A DNA stretch of 63,560 nt, counting the filler, from Coriobacteriales bacterium (GTDB lineage Bacteria > Actinomycetota > Coriobacteriia > Coriobacteriales > UBA8131): assembly GCA_031263105.1 (NCBI GenBank). It is 8 parts of 8 records of this genome, joined end to end, with 100 filler letters (N's around TTAATTAATTAA, not from the genome) between each part and the next. Parts side by side here need not be neighbours in the genome. Positions count along the whole stretch, not along the records: positions 6,783 to 14,893 come from JAISGJ010000152.1; positions 14,994 to 23,884 come from JAISGJ010000059.1; 6 more parts are not named here. One strand, 5' to 3'. This document shows positions 9,612 through 18,282 of this stretch, piece after piece. The notes under the pieces are model-generated. The model worked only from the letters and a program-made list of their open reading frames with translations. It searched no databases and was not told the origin of the DNA. Made by a program: the position numbers and the translations under genes. Every line of letters begins with the position of its first letter. Position 1 is the first letter of the stretch.

Positions 9612-10277
9612 TCACGCCCGAATCGCAGCCTCGGCCCATTCGTCGAGCAGGGCGAGGTCCCAGAGGAGGTAGCCCCAGACGAGCTCGATCAGGGCGGGGT
9701 AGTAGCCGACGGTGGCGGCCTCGCGGGCCGCATCGAGCAGGCGCTCGATGAAGCTGAGGGGGTGGGTTTCGATGAAGCCCTTGATCTCGACAACCTGCTC
9801 GGCGGTCGGTGGGGCATCGGCGAAGGCGGCGCCCCGCACACCCAGGTAGAGGAGCTCGAAGCCGAGGTGGTCCTCGAACTGGTGGCTGTCCGCGCCGGCC
9901 CTCACGCCCTCGCGAGCGAACAGCTGCCTCATCTCGAAGGTGGGCTGGCCGAAGAGCACCGTCCCGCCCTCCCGGTACAGGGTCTCCCAGGGAGGGGCGG
10001 CCGGCCTGCCGGGCCCGACGAACAGGCGGGTGTACTCGACGCCCACCTGCTCAAGGGCTTTTGTGCGGTCGGACGCAGCGAGGCCGCGCGCGCAGGCGAC
10101 GAGCCCGTCGAGACCCGAACGGAGATGCCCGTCTGCCGCTTCGAGGGGAAAGCCCTCCCAGAACGCGGGGTCGAGGCCCACAGCAGACTGCTCCGCCATG
10201 ACCTTCAGGAGGCTGTTGCCGAAGAAGGCATAGAGCTCGCTCCTCAGCTTCCAGGTATCGGTCCAGCTCACATCCAT
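9612..10277 (-). CDS. TorD/DmsD family molybdoenzyme chaperone
   Basis: EYTRLFVGPG, APPWETLY and EDHLGFEL. Confidence 0.9.
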   Translation of the reverse strand: MDVSWTDTWKLRSELYAFFGNSLLKVMAEQSAVGLDPAFWEGFPLEAADGHLRSGLDGLVACARGLAASDRTKALEQVGVEYTRLFVGPGRPAAPPWETLYREGGTVLFGQPTFEMRQLFAREGVRAGADSHQFEDHLGFELLYLGVRGAAFADAPPTAEQVVEIKGFIETHPLSFIERLLDAAREAATVGYYPALIELVWGYLLWDLALLDEWAEAAIRA

Positions 10278-10325
10278 GGCACGGCCTCCTGTCGCATCTC
10301 CGTCGGTTCCTCGCCGGGCCCTCTG

Positions 10326-11657
10326 TCAGACGACCTCGGACGCGGCACTGGTGGCAACGCCCGTGGCCTTGGCCCCAGACGCGGCCTCGGACGACGGAGC
10401 CGCAGGGGCAGGCGGGACGGCCTCAGCCTCGACGAGCGGCCCGGTCTTCTCCCCGAACAGACGGGGCGCAAGGGCGACGTAGATGAGGGCGGCAAGGGCG
10501 ACGACCCCTAAGACGACGACGACCTCGACCCAGGTGGGGGCATAGGTGCCCGCAAGGGCCCAGGACTCGGTGCCGGAGAGGGCCGAGCGCCCATAGGCGA
10601 CTCCGGGGGCGCCCTCGACGTTGAAGGCGGCGAAGGAGGTGACGAGCAGCCACACGCGCTTGAGGAACACGCCGCAGACCACGAGCGCCGACGCGACGAC
10701 GACGACGGGGGTGCTCTGCCGTGCCTTGGCGGACACCAACAGGAGGAAGGGCACGACGAGCCCGAGCACGACCTCGCCCCAGAAGAACGGCGCGCTCGTG
10801 CCGCTGAACAGCGCACCGAGGATCGCAGCCTCCTCGTGGGCGCCGGGATAGGCCATCGTGAGAACCTCGCAGCCCACCATGAAGGCATCGACGGCGACGC
10901 AGACGACGAGCAGGCCCGCCAGGCTCGCAAGCAGCTTCTTCTCTATGGCGAACAGGCGCGTCGCGCTGAGGACGACAAGCACGATGAGCAGCAGGGCGAG
11001 GCCCGAGTCGAGGGCAGAGGTGACGAACAGCGGCGCCATGATGGCAGAGTGCCAGCCCACCTTTGCTATCTCAAGCCCGAATATCCACGCGGTGACCGAA
11101 TGCACGAGGATGGCGACAGGCAGGGCGACGCGCGAGGCGACGGCCAGGGCGCGGTCGCTCCGTCGCCCGGCGGGACGCGCCATGAGCACAAGGTAGACGA
11201 TGTTGATCGCGAGATAGACGGTGATGACGATCACGTCCCACATGAGGGGCGACGTGAGGTTGGCGTGCGTGAGGAGGTTGAGTGCGCGCTGCACGCCGCC
11301 GAGGTCGACGAGCACGAAGGCCGCCGCCGCGACGATGCAGACGGTGGAGAGCAGCACGGCCGGCCTGGCGACCCGCTTGTACGACTTCACGCCGAACACC
11401 GAGGCCGAGGACGCCACGATGAGGCCGCCGGCGGAGAGCCCCACGAAGAACATGAAGCTCGCGATGTACAGGCCCCAGGAGGTGCCGTTGTTCATGCCCG
11501 TGACGGCGAGGCCGCCCGCGAGCTGGTAGGCCCAGGCCGCAAGGCCGCCGCAGACGACAAGGGCGAGGATGATGATGACGGGGACGCGCGCCTTGCCGAC
11601 GGCCGTCCCGCTGACGGCCGTCGTGCCGACGGCCCCCGCTTCGCTGGTTGATTGCAT
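10326..11657 (-). CDS. NrfD/PsrC family membrane anchor
   Basis: SWGLYI, FFVGLSAGG, DLG and SPLMWD; many hydrophobic helices. Confidence 0.9.
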   Translation of the reverse strand: MQSTSEAGAVGTTAVSGTAVGKARVPVIIILALVVCGGLAAWAYQLAGGLAVTGMNNGTSWGLYIASFMFFVGLSAGGLIVASSASVFGVKSYKRVARPAVLLSTVCIVAAAAFVLVDLGGVQRALNLLTHANLTSPLMWDVIVITVYLAINIVYLVLMARPAGRRSDRALAVASRVALPVAILVHSVTAWIFGLEIAKVGWHSAIMAPLFVTSALDSGLALLLIVLVVLSATRLFAIEKKLLASLAGLLVVCVAVDAFMVGCEVLTMAYPGAHEEAAILGALFSGTSAPFFWGEVVLGLVVPFLLLVSAKARQSTPVVVVASALVVCGVFLKRVWLLVTSFAAFNVEGAPGVAYGRSALSGTESWALAGTYAPTWVEVVVVLGVVALAALIYVALAPRLFGEKTGPLVEAEAVPPAPAAPSSEAASGAKATGVATSAASEVV

Positions 11658-11672
11658 GGTCTTCTCCTCTCC

Positions 11673-12290
11673 CTACTTGCAGTAGTGTATCTTGGGCTCG
11701 GTGCCGCGCTCGGGCAGCAGCTGGTAGGCGCTCTTCTCGCGAATGAGCTTTGAGACGGCGCTCTCGGGGTCGTCGAGGTCGCCGTAGGTGCGCGCCCTCG
11801 TGGGGCAGCAGACGACGCACATCGGCTCCTTGCCGTCCTCGGCGCGCTCCTTGCACAGCGTGCACTTCTCGGTGACGCCCTTGGGGCGGACCGGGACGTT
11901 CCTGTGCCCGTAGTTGAAGTCGGGGTCGCGCACGGGTTCCTCCCAGTTGAACACGCGGGCGTTGTAGGGGCAGGCCGCCATGCAGATGCGGCAGCCGATG
12001 CAGAGGTCGTAATGGATGAGGACGCGCCCCTCGTCGTCGATGTACGTCGCCCCCACCGGGCAGACCGCCTGGCAGGGCGGGTTCTCGCAGTGCTGGCAGG
12101 ACATGGGGAGGTATTCGCGCGTGAGGTGGGGGTAGGTGCCCACCGCGCCGTCCATGACGTCCGTGCCGACCGTGAGGACACGGTTCCAGAGCATCCCCAT
12201 CGGCACGTTGTTCTCCATCTTGCAGGCGTTCACGCAGGTCTGGCAGCCGATGCAACGCTCCTGATTGATGACTATCGCGAGCCTGGTCAT
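11673..12290 (-). CDS. DmsB/PsrB-like four-cluster Fe-S subunit
   Basis: CIGCQTCVNAC, CQHCENPPC, CIGCRICMAACPY and KCTLC; true start at 12290, not 13382. Confidence 0.92.
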   Translation of the reverse strand: MTRLAIVINQERCIGCQTCVNACKMENNVPMGMLWNRVLTVGTDVMDGAVGTYPHLTREYLPMSCQHCENPPCQAVCPVGATYIDDEGRVLIHYDLCIGCRICMAACPYNARVFNWEEPVRDPDFNYGHRNVPVRPKGVTEKCTLCKERAEDGKEPMCVVCCPTRARTYGDLDDPESAVSKLIREKSAYQLLPERGTEPKIHYCK

Positions 12291-14746
12291 GAGGCGCCTC
12301 CTTCGGTCGCCGGGGCCTTGCGCACCTCGACGAGGGTGTCGTTGAACGAGATGACGGCACCGGCGGGCAGGGCGGCGCCCCGCTCGACGAAGCCGTCGTT
12401 CGTCACGTTCTGGAGGTTGCCCTTCTCCATGAACTTGGTCCAGTTGCCCTCGACCATGCGCACGGAGCCGGAGCGCACGCACACGTTGGCGACGGCCTTG
12501 GCCGCGAAGCTCCCCCGGTCGTTGAACACCTCGACGGTATCGCCGTCGACAAGGCTGCGGGCCTCGAAGTCGGCGGGCGCCATCTCGATGCGCGGCTCCT
12601 TGAACTGCCTGATCCAGGTCGAGTCGCAGAACTGGTTGTGGATATGGAAGCGCGTGCGCGCGTTGGCCAGCTGCAAGGGGTAGGTCGAGCGCAGGGGGTT
12701 GCCCTCGTAGGCCTCGAGCGGCTCCTCCCACTGCGGGAGCTGCTGGTCGAAGGGCAGCATCCCCTCGTAGTAGACCTCGAAGCGCCCGGAAGGCGTGGAG
12801 AAGTTCCGATCCTCGAAGGCCCTGCGCGGCACCGTGGTGTCGACGCCCGTGATGGGCAGGCCGCCCTTGCTCGCCTTGAGGCCTTCGTAGGTGATGCCCG
12901 CCAGACGTTCGTCGGCCTCCGCGTCCAACATGGCCTCGATGAGCTCCCGTGGGTTCTTGGGGAGGTACTGCCCGTAGCCGAGCGCCTCGCCGATGGCGTT
13001 CTGTACCCAGAAGTCGGGCCTGCTGTCGAACAGGGGGTCGAGGATCTTCTCGTTGGTCAACACAAGGCCGTTGGCGCAGCAGATGTTCTGTATCTCGTCT
13101 TGGGCCTCGAACTTCGAGCTTGCCGGGAGGAGGATGTCGGCCCATTGGGAGCCGGACGAGGCCCAGACATCGCAGTACACGATGAGGTCGAGGGTCTTGA
13201 GCCACTCGATCTTCTTGGTGAAGTTCGCGCTCTCCTGGGTGATCTTGTCCCCGAAGGAGAAGTATGCGTGCACGTTGTTGGGCTTGAGGGGGTAGTCGTA
13301 GATGCCTGCGAGCTCGGCCGGGGAGGCGCTTACCTCCTTGGGGAGCTTCCACGAGCCGAAGCTGATGATGGGCCCGGCCCACCAGCCCACGTAGCTGCCG
13401 ACGCTTCCGCCGGGGATGCCGATGTTGCCCGTCAGGGCAACGAGCACGGCGCCGACATGGCCGACGATGTCTGCGTTGTTGAACTTGTCGGCGCCGCCCC
13501 AGCCGAAGCCCAATGCCGCAGGCCCGGCAGTCGCATAACGCTCGGCTATCTCACGGATCGTCTGGGCATCGACCCCGGTGACGCCTGCGGCCCACTCGGG
13601 GCTGTAGGCCGCTTGGGCGTCCTTGAACAGGCTGAACACGGTGCGGTACTTCCTGCCGGCGATGGCGAAGGTTCCCTCCAAGGCAGCCTCTGCCGCCTTG
13701 GCGGTGGCGGGACGCGCAGATGCGGTGACGGAGTCCCAGACCATCCAAGGGTTCTCGTCCGCCGTTTCGGGCTCCTCCGCATCAGGGTCTGCCGGATGCT
13801 CGCGCAGGAGGCTGCCGTCCTCGACGTCCACGAGGAAGGGGAAGGACGTGTGGGAGCGCATCCAGTCCTCCTGGTACCAGCCCTGCTCAAGGACGACACT
13901 TGCCATTCCCAAGAGCAAGGCGGCATCGGTGCCGGGCCTGATGGGGACCCACAGGTCGGACTTCGCGGCCGTGGTGGTGAAGTGCGGGTCGACGGTAATG
14001 ACATAGGCCCCTGCGTCCTTCGCGTCGAAGAAACAGCGGCTCTGCGCGAGGCTCGACTCCAGGAAGTTGTTCCCTATGTTGAGGATCGTGCGCGAGTTCA
14101 CCCAGTCGCGCGGCTCGCTCGTGGCGATGGCGAAGTACACGCCCGTCCAAGAGCCCGGCGCGTAGCCGAAGGCGGGGTCGAGGCCGTTGCCTATGCCGAT
14201 GTCCTGGCCGTTCGCCCCGCCGGTCTGTGCGCCGAGCAGGTCCTGGACGAAGTGGTACTGGTAGCCGACCCCGTTGTTCTCCCCCGAGAGCCTGACCAGG
14301 ATGCTGTCCTTGCCGTATCTCTCCCAGAGGTCCTTGACCGTGGTCGCTATGGTCTCGAGCGCCTCGTCCCAGCTTATCGCGACGAACGCGCCCTCGCCGC
14401 GCTCGCCCACGCGCCTCATGGGCGTCTGGATGCGCTCCGTGCTGTACACGTGCTGGACCTCCGAGAGACCCTTGAGGCAGAGCACCTGGTTCCGTTGCTG
14501 CGCAAGGCTGTCGTTGGGCTCGATCAGGCAGAGCCGCCCGTCGCGCACCGTGCACTTCAGCGAGCAGCGCCCTCCGCAATGTTCCTGGTGGAACGTGTAG
14601 GCGACGCGCTCCCCTTCGTCCGTTGCAGCGTCCGATGCCTCTATCCAAGAACCGAACGAGAGCATACCGGCTGCACCGGCACCGGCAAGGGCAGCCGTGG
14701 CAGCGCCAGCCTTGACGAACTGACGCCGTGACATTCTTTCCGACAT
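12287..14746 (-). CDS. Tat-exported DMSO-reductase-family molybdopterin oxidoreductase, catalytic subunit
   Basis: SRRQFVK Tat signal; LCLKG, ERIQTPMRR, ISWDEAL, IRPGTDAAL, ADILLPA and TPSGRFE; AAGGAGG RBS. Confidence 0.92.
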   Translation of the reverse strand: MSERMSRRQFVKAGAATAALAGAGAAGMLSFGSWIEASDAATDEGERVAYTFHQEHCGGRCSLKCTVRDGRLCLIEPNDSLAQQRNQVLCLKGLSEVQHVYSTERIQTPMRRVGERGEGAFVAISWDEALETIATTVKDLWERYGKDSILVRLSGENNGVGYQYHFVQDLLGAQTGGANGQDIGIGNGLDPAFGYAPGSWTGVYFAIATSEPRDWVNSRTILNIGNNFLESSLAQSRCFFDAKDAGAYVITVDPHFTTTAAKSDLWVPIRPGTDAALLLGMASVVLEQGWYQEDWMRSHTSFPFLVDVEDGSLLREHPADPDAEEPETADENPWMVWDSVTASARPATAKAAEAALEGTFAIAGRKYRTVFSLFKDAQAAYSPEWAAGVTGVDAQTIREIAERYATAGPAALGFGWGGADKFNNADIVGHVGAVLVALTGNIGIPGGSVGSYVGWWAGPIISFGSWKLPKEVSASPAELAGIYDYPLKPNNVHAYFSFGDKITQESANFTKKIEWLKTLDLIVYCDVWASSGSQWADILLPASSKFEAQDEIQNICCANGLVLTNEKILDPLFDSRPDFWVQNAIGEALGYGQYLPKNPRELIEAMLDAEADERLAGITYEGLKASKGGLPITGVDTTVPRRAFEDRNFSTPSGRFEVYYEGMLPFDQQLPQWEEPLEAYEGNPLRSTYPLQLANARTRFHIHNQFCDSTWIRQFKEPRIEMAPADFEARSLVDGDTVEVFNDRGSFAAKAVANVCVRSGSVRMVEGNWTKFMEKGNLQNVTNDGFVERGAALPAGAVISFNDTLVEVRKAPATEGGAS

Positions 14747-14819
14747 ACTTCCTCCTTTGTCTTCCGTCTGGCGGAAAAACCAAAGAGTCGGCCAACTCCA
14801 ATGTGGCCAGCTTAACACG

Positions 14820-14856
14820 ATTGTCCTATGACAATCAAGGATTGTCATAGGACAAT
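14820..14856. promoter_or_regulatory. Perfect inverted repeat with 17-bp arms, probable operator of the Mo-enzyme operon
   Basis: ATTGTCCTATGACAATC-AAG-GATTGTCATAGGACAAT. Confidence 0.65.
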
Positions 14857-14993
14857 TCGGGAAATGGCTATCCTACCTTTAGGATATACATAGNNNNNNN
14901 NNNNNNNNNNNNNNNNNNNNNNNNNNNNNNNNNNNNNTTAATTAATTAANNNNNNNNNNNNNNNNNNNNNNNNNNNNNNNNNNNNNNNNNNNN

Positions 14994-15741
14994 GGCGTGT
15001 GCGCTTGTGTTGTCGTGCGCTCCCTTCCGGGGTTGGCGCGCCCCGCCCCCCCCCGGCCCCGGGCCCCGGCCCCCCCCCCCCCCCCGACCACGGGTTGTCG
15101 GAGAGCTTGGCCACCCCGCCGTTGAGGATGCGGCGCTCCATGGCCGCCACCTCCTCGGGTGTGTTCACGTTGACGAACGAGCCCCCTCGCTGGTCCGCCT
15201 CACGTATCATCGAGGACGTGAACTCGAACACCTCGACCTTGTCGTACCAGGCGGTGGCGCGTATCTCGCCGTCGAGCAGCGCCGCCTGCACCACAGGAAG
15301 GCAGGCCTGGCGGCGGTACACCGCATGGAAGGGCTCATAGCCATGGCTCGTGACCGGCACCGCCACATCTGCCCCGCTCCTCTCGAGCGCCCTGCACTCC
15401 GCAAGCAACAGGGGCGCCGAAGGGAAGACCATGTCACAGGCGACGACGCCCACATACGGGTTCGTGGCATGGTACAGGGCGGTGTAGAGGCCGTTGAGCG
15501 CGCCTCGGATGTCGTAGACGTCCGAGTACATCTTGAGCTTGTTGTCGAACTTCACGTTGCCGCACAGGAAGTCGAGGCTCTTCTGGTCGTTCGAGGTGAC
15601 GATGAGCTCGTCGGCGGCATCGCCCAGGCGCTTCAGCCCCCGACATATGAGGGGCAGCCCGCAAAAGGAGACGAGCGCCTTGGGGCTGCCCATCCTCTTC
15701 GATTCTCCTCCAGCCTGAATCACAATCGTCAGCTTACCCAT
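14994..15741 (-). CDS. mobA: Molybdenum cofactor guanylyltransferase (stop lost at the contig end)
   Basis: IQAGGESKRMGSPKAL, ACDM, EPFHAVY and NVNTPEE. Confidence 0.85.
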
Positions 15742-15818
15742 ACAGAAGAGTATAGCAAGTTATGGCCAATGCTTCCACAGATGGGGGCAGGGCGACCATG
15801 AGTCACGGGATGGGAGTT

Positions 15819-15892
15819 TGGAGGCGACGGCCGGACTCGAACCGGCGATGAAGGCTTTGCAGGCCTCTGCCTTACCACTTGGCCACGTCGCC
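15819..15892 (-). tRNA. tRNA-Cys(GCA)
   Basis: GGCGACG/CGTCGCC acceptor stem, CTGCAAA anticodon loop, GTTCGAG T-loop, encoded CCA. Confidence 0.95.
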
Positions 15893-15940
15893 ATAGAAAA
15901 CGGCCACGCGCACCTCTGGCGCGTGGCCGGCTCGCAACTA

Positions 15941-16016
<76 letters not shown>

Positions 16017-16082
16017 TTGTGCAAGACGTTATTCTACGGAAGCCACGCCTTTGGCGCAAGCCCCCAATTTCTCAATCTTCGC

Positions 16083-16289
16083 TCATTCCGCAGAGAACCC
16101 CGCCGCCGCGACCGCATCCCTCAGTTCCTGGACACCCGTGTCGGCGGCATGCCTCACCTTCGCCTCGCCCTTCCCGAGGCTCACCTTCACCTTCTCCACG
16201 CCGGGGAGCGCCTCAAGCGCCTCGGTGACGGCGGCGACACAGTGCTCGCAGCTCATGCCTTCGACCTTCAACAACGTCTTCTCGCTCAT
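16083..16289 (-). CDS. copZ: CopZ-like heavy-metal chaperone
   Basis: 68 aa with the GMSCEHC HMA motif. Confidence 0.8.
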   Translation of the reverse strand: MSEKTLLKVEGMSCEHCVAAVTEALEALPGVEKVKVSLGKGEAKVRHAADTGVQELRDAVAAAGFSAE

Positions 16290-17146
16290 ATCCGCTTCCT
16301 TCCTGTCTGCGGGACCGACGGAGGGCCTTTGGCGGGGCCTCGGTCCACCTTTATCATGGTCCTCTGGAGGTACGCCTGCGGGTCCTGTACGCTGACCTCG
16401 TTCAACATATATATCTGATAGACGGGGCCGCCTCTTGCAATGCCGTTCTCCTCCATGTACGCGCCGATGCGCTCGGGCAGGTCTCCCATCTCGCCATAGC
16501 CCCCCTGCGCGAAGGCCGTCAGGTAGGTGCCGGCAGGCATGACGTCCAAGCCGTTGGGGTCAAGGGAGAAGTAGCGCTTGGGGCGCGAGGGACTCGCCTG
16601 GAACTCCTCGACCGTGTCGAAGTAGCCGCCGATGGGGTAGCTCAGGTTCACCCCGGAGCTGCGTGCCGAACGGTAGTACTCCGAGTATACCCGGTAGTAG
16701 CTCTCGTTCGAACGAAAGTCCGTGAGCGGCCCCAGGGTGAGACGTGCGTCCTCGACGAAGCGGACGGATATCTCGTCCACATCCTGGGAGATGCTGCCTT
16801 GGATGAGCGTGCGCAGCATGTGGACCAAGGAGAAGGACTCCTGCAGCATCTTGAGCTCGTTGGTCAGGTGCAGCTCATAGTGGGTGAACACCTCGTTCAT
16901 GCTCTCGGGGTCGCGGGCGTGCATGATGTCCTTGATCTTCTTGAGCGGTATTTTGAGGTTGCGCAACGTGTCGATGAGCTTGATGGTCTGTATCTGTGAC
17001 AGGGAATAGTAACGATAATTGTTCTCGCCCCGTGCTTCGGGCTTGAACAGGCCTATCGCGTCATAGTAGCGAAGGACGGACTGCTTGACGCCTGTGAATT
17101 CAGAGAACTCCTTGACGGAGATCAGAAGCGACCCATCGTCATCCAT
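16286..17146 (-). CDS. MerR family regulator (BmrR/BltR-like, GyrI-like effector domain)
   Basis: ISVKEFS...LRYYDAIGLFKP...NNYRYYS. Confidence 0.88.
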   Translation of the reverse strand: MDDDGSLLISVKEFSEFTGVKQSVLRYYDAIGLFKPEARGENNYRYYSLSQIQTIKLIDTLRNLKIPLKKIKDIMHARDPESMNEVFTHYELHLTNELKMLQESFSLVHMLRTLIQGSISQDVDEISVRFVEDARLTLGPLTDFRSNESYYRVYSEYYRSARSSGVNLSYPIGGYFDTVEEFQASPSRPKRYFSLDPNGLDVMPAGTYLTAFAQGGYGEMGDLPERIGAYMEENGIARGGPVYQIYMLNEVSVQDPQAYLQRTMIKVDRGPAKGPPSVPQTGRKRI

Positions 17147-17599
17147 GCCCACCTGTCCCCCATTCTTTGATCCCCCGCTCCTTGGAGCGCACACAAAAGC
17201 TCAAGCTACTTTAAGGTTTTTCCGCCCATATTGCAAAGGGGCGGTTCCGATTTGCTGCTGAGAAATGACATATACATGGTAGTTTTATGCACTAATCTAG
17301 TATATAATACGGTATTGAGTTAAAATTATATAAATTTTAAAACTTTGAGAGCTTTTTTGAATTTCCTCTTTACTTTCAGGTTACTTGATGCCTCATACTG
17401 TTTTTTGCGTCAACAGGCACCACATGCACCACATGCACCTCCTAGGCCTACCGGGTCTGGGATGGAAACTGAATATGGGTTCCCGCCAGCTTCGCTGGCT
17501 GAACCACCCCCCCCCCCCCCCCCCTTGTATACACCCTGTTCTTCGGAGCAGGGTGTATGCTATTATGCCGAAAAGACACGAATGAGAGGGGGCGGCACT

Positions 17600-18253
17600 G
17601 TGAACAAGACCCGCTTGGAAGCATTCACCGATGCGGTCATAGCCATCGTCATCACCGTTCTGGTATTGGAGCTGGTCGCTCCTGAGAGCGGCAGCGTCGC
17701 CGCGCTGTGGGATCTCCGCTACCGCTTCCTCGTCTACCTCGTCAGCTTCCTCACCTTGGCGATCTACTGGAACAACCACCACCACCTCTTCCAGATATCG
17801 CGGCATGTCTCAGGAGGGGTGCTCTGGTGCAACATCGTGCTGCTGCTCTTCCTTTCGCTCTTCCCCTTCACGACCGCCTGGGTGAACGACCACCTTCTCG
17901 ACCGCGCCCCCGAGCTGCTCTATGGCCTCACCATGCTCTGTGCCGACATCGTCTGGCTCGTCATGGCGAAGGCCCTCGTCAAGGAGAACGGACACAACAG
18001 CGAGGTGGCCAAGGCGCTCAAGGGCTTCGGCAAGTCCTACCTCTCGATTGCAACGATCGCCGTCGGCCTGCTCGTCGGGTGGTTCCTCCCCCCTGCGACC
18101 ATCGTCCTGTGCGTCGCCTCCCTCGCTCCCTGGGTCGTTCCCGACCGCCGGATAGAGCGGATGCTCCACGAGGGAACGGCGCGGGCAGAGGGGGCGGCAC
18201 ACGAGGGGGGCATGCGGACGCAGGGCCCGGACAAGGCGGACAAGGACGGGTGA
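17600..18253 (+). CDS. TMEM175-family potassium channel
   Basis: RLEAFTDAVIAIVITVLVLEL, YWNNHH and PFTT; GTG start. Confidence 0.88.
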   Translation: MNKTRLEAFTDAVIAIVITVLVLELVAPESGSVAALWDLRYRFLVYLVSFLTLAIYWNNHHHLFQISRHVSGGVLWCNIVLLLFLSLFPFTTAWVNDHLLDRAPELLYGLTMLCADIVWLVMAKALVKENGHNSEVAKALKGFGKSYLSIATIAVGLLVGWFLPPATIVLCVASLAPWVVPDRRIERMLHEGTARAEGAAHEGGMRTQGPDKADKDG

Positions 18254-18282
18254 CGGCGCAAAGGGGGCGGGCGGATGCTCCC

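Noticed and set aside
15040..15090. Poly-G tract in the mobA tail as a phase-variation switch
   Set aside because: It lies after the catalytic domain and next to a contig end, so it may be an artefact.
17196..17222. MerR-type operator upstream of the MerR gene
   Set aside because: The dyad is imperfect and has no convincing -35 element.
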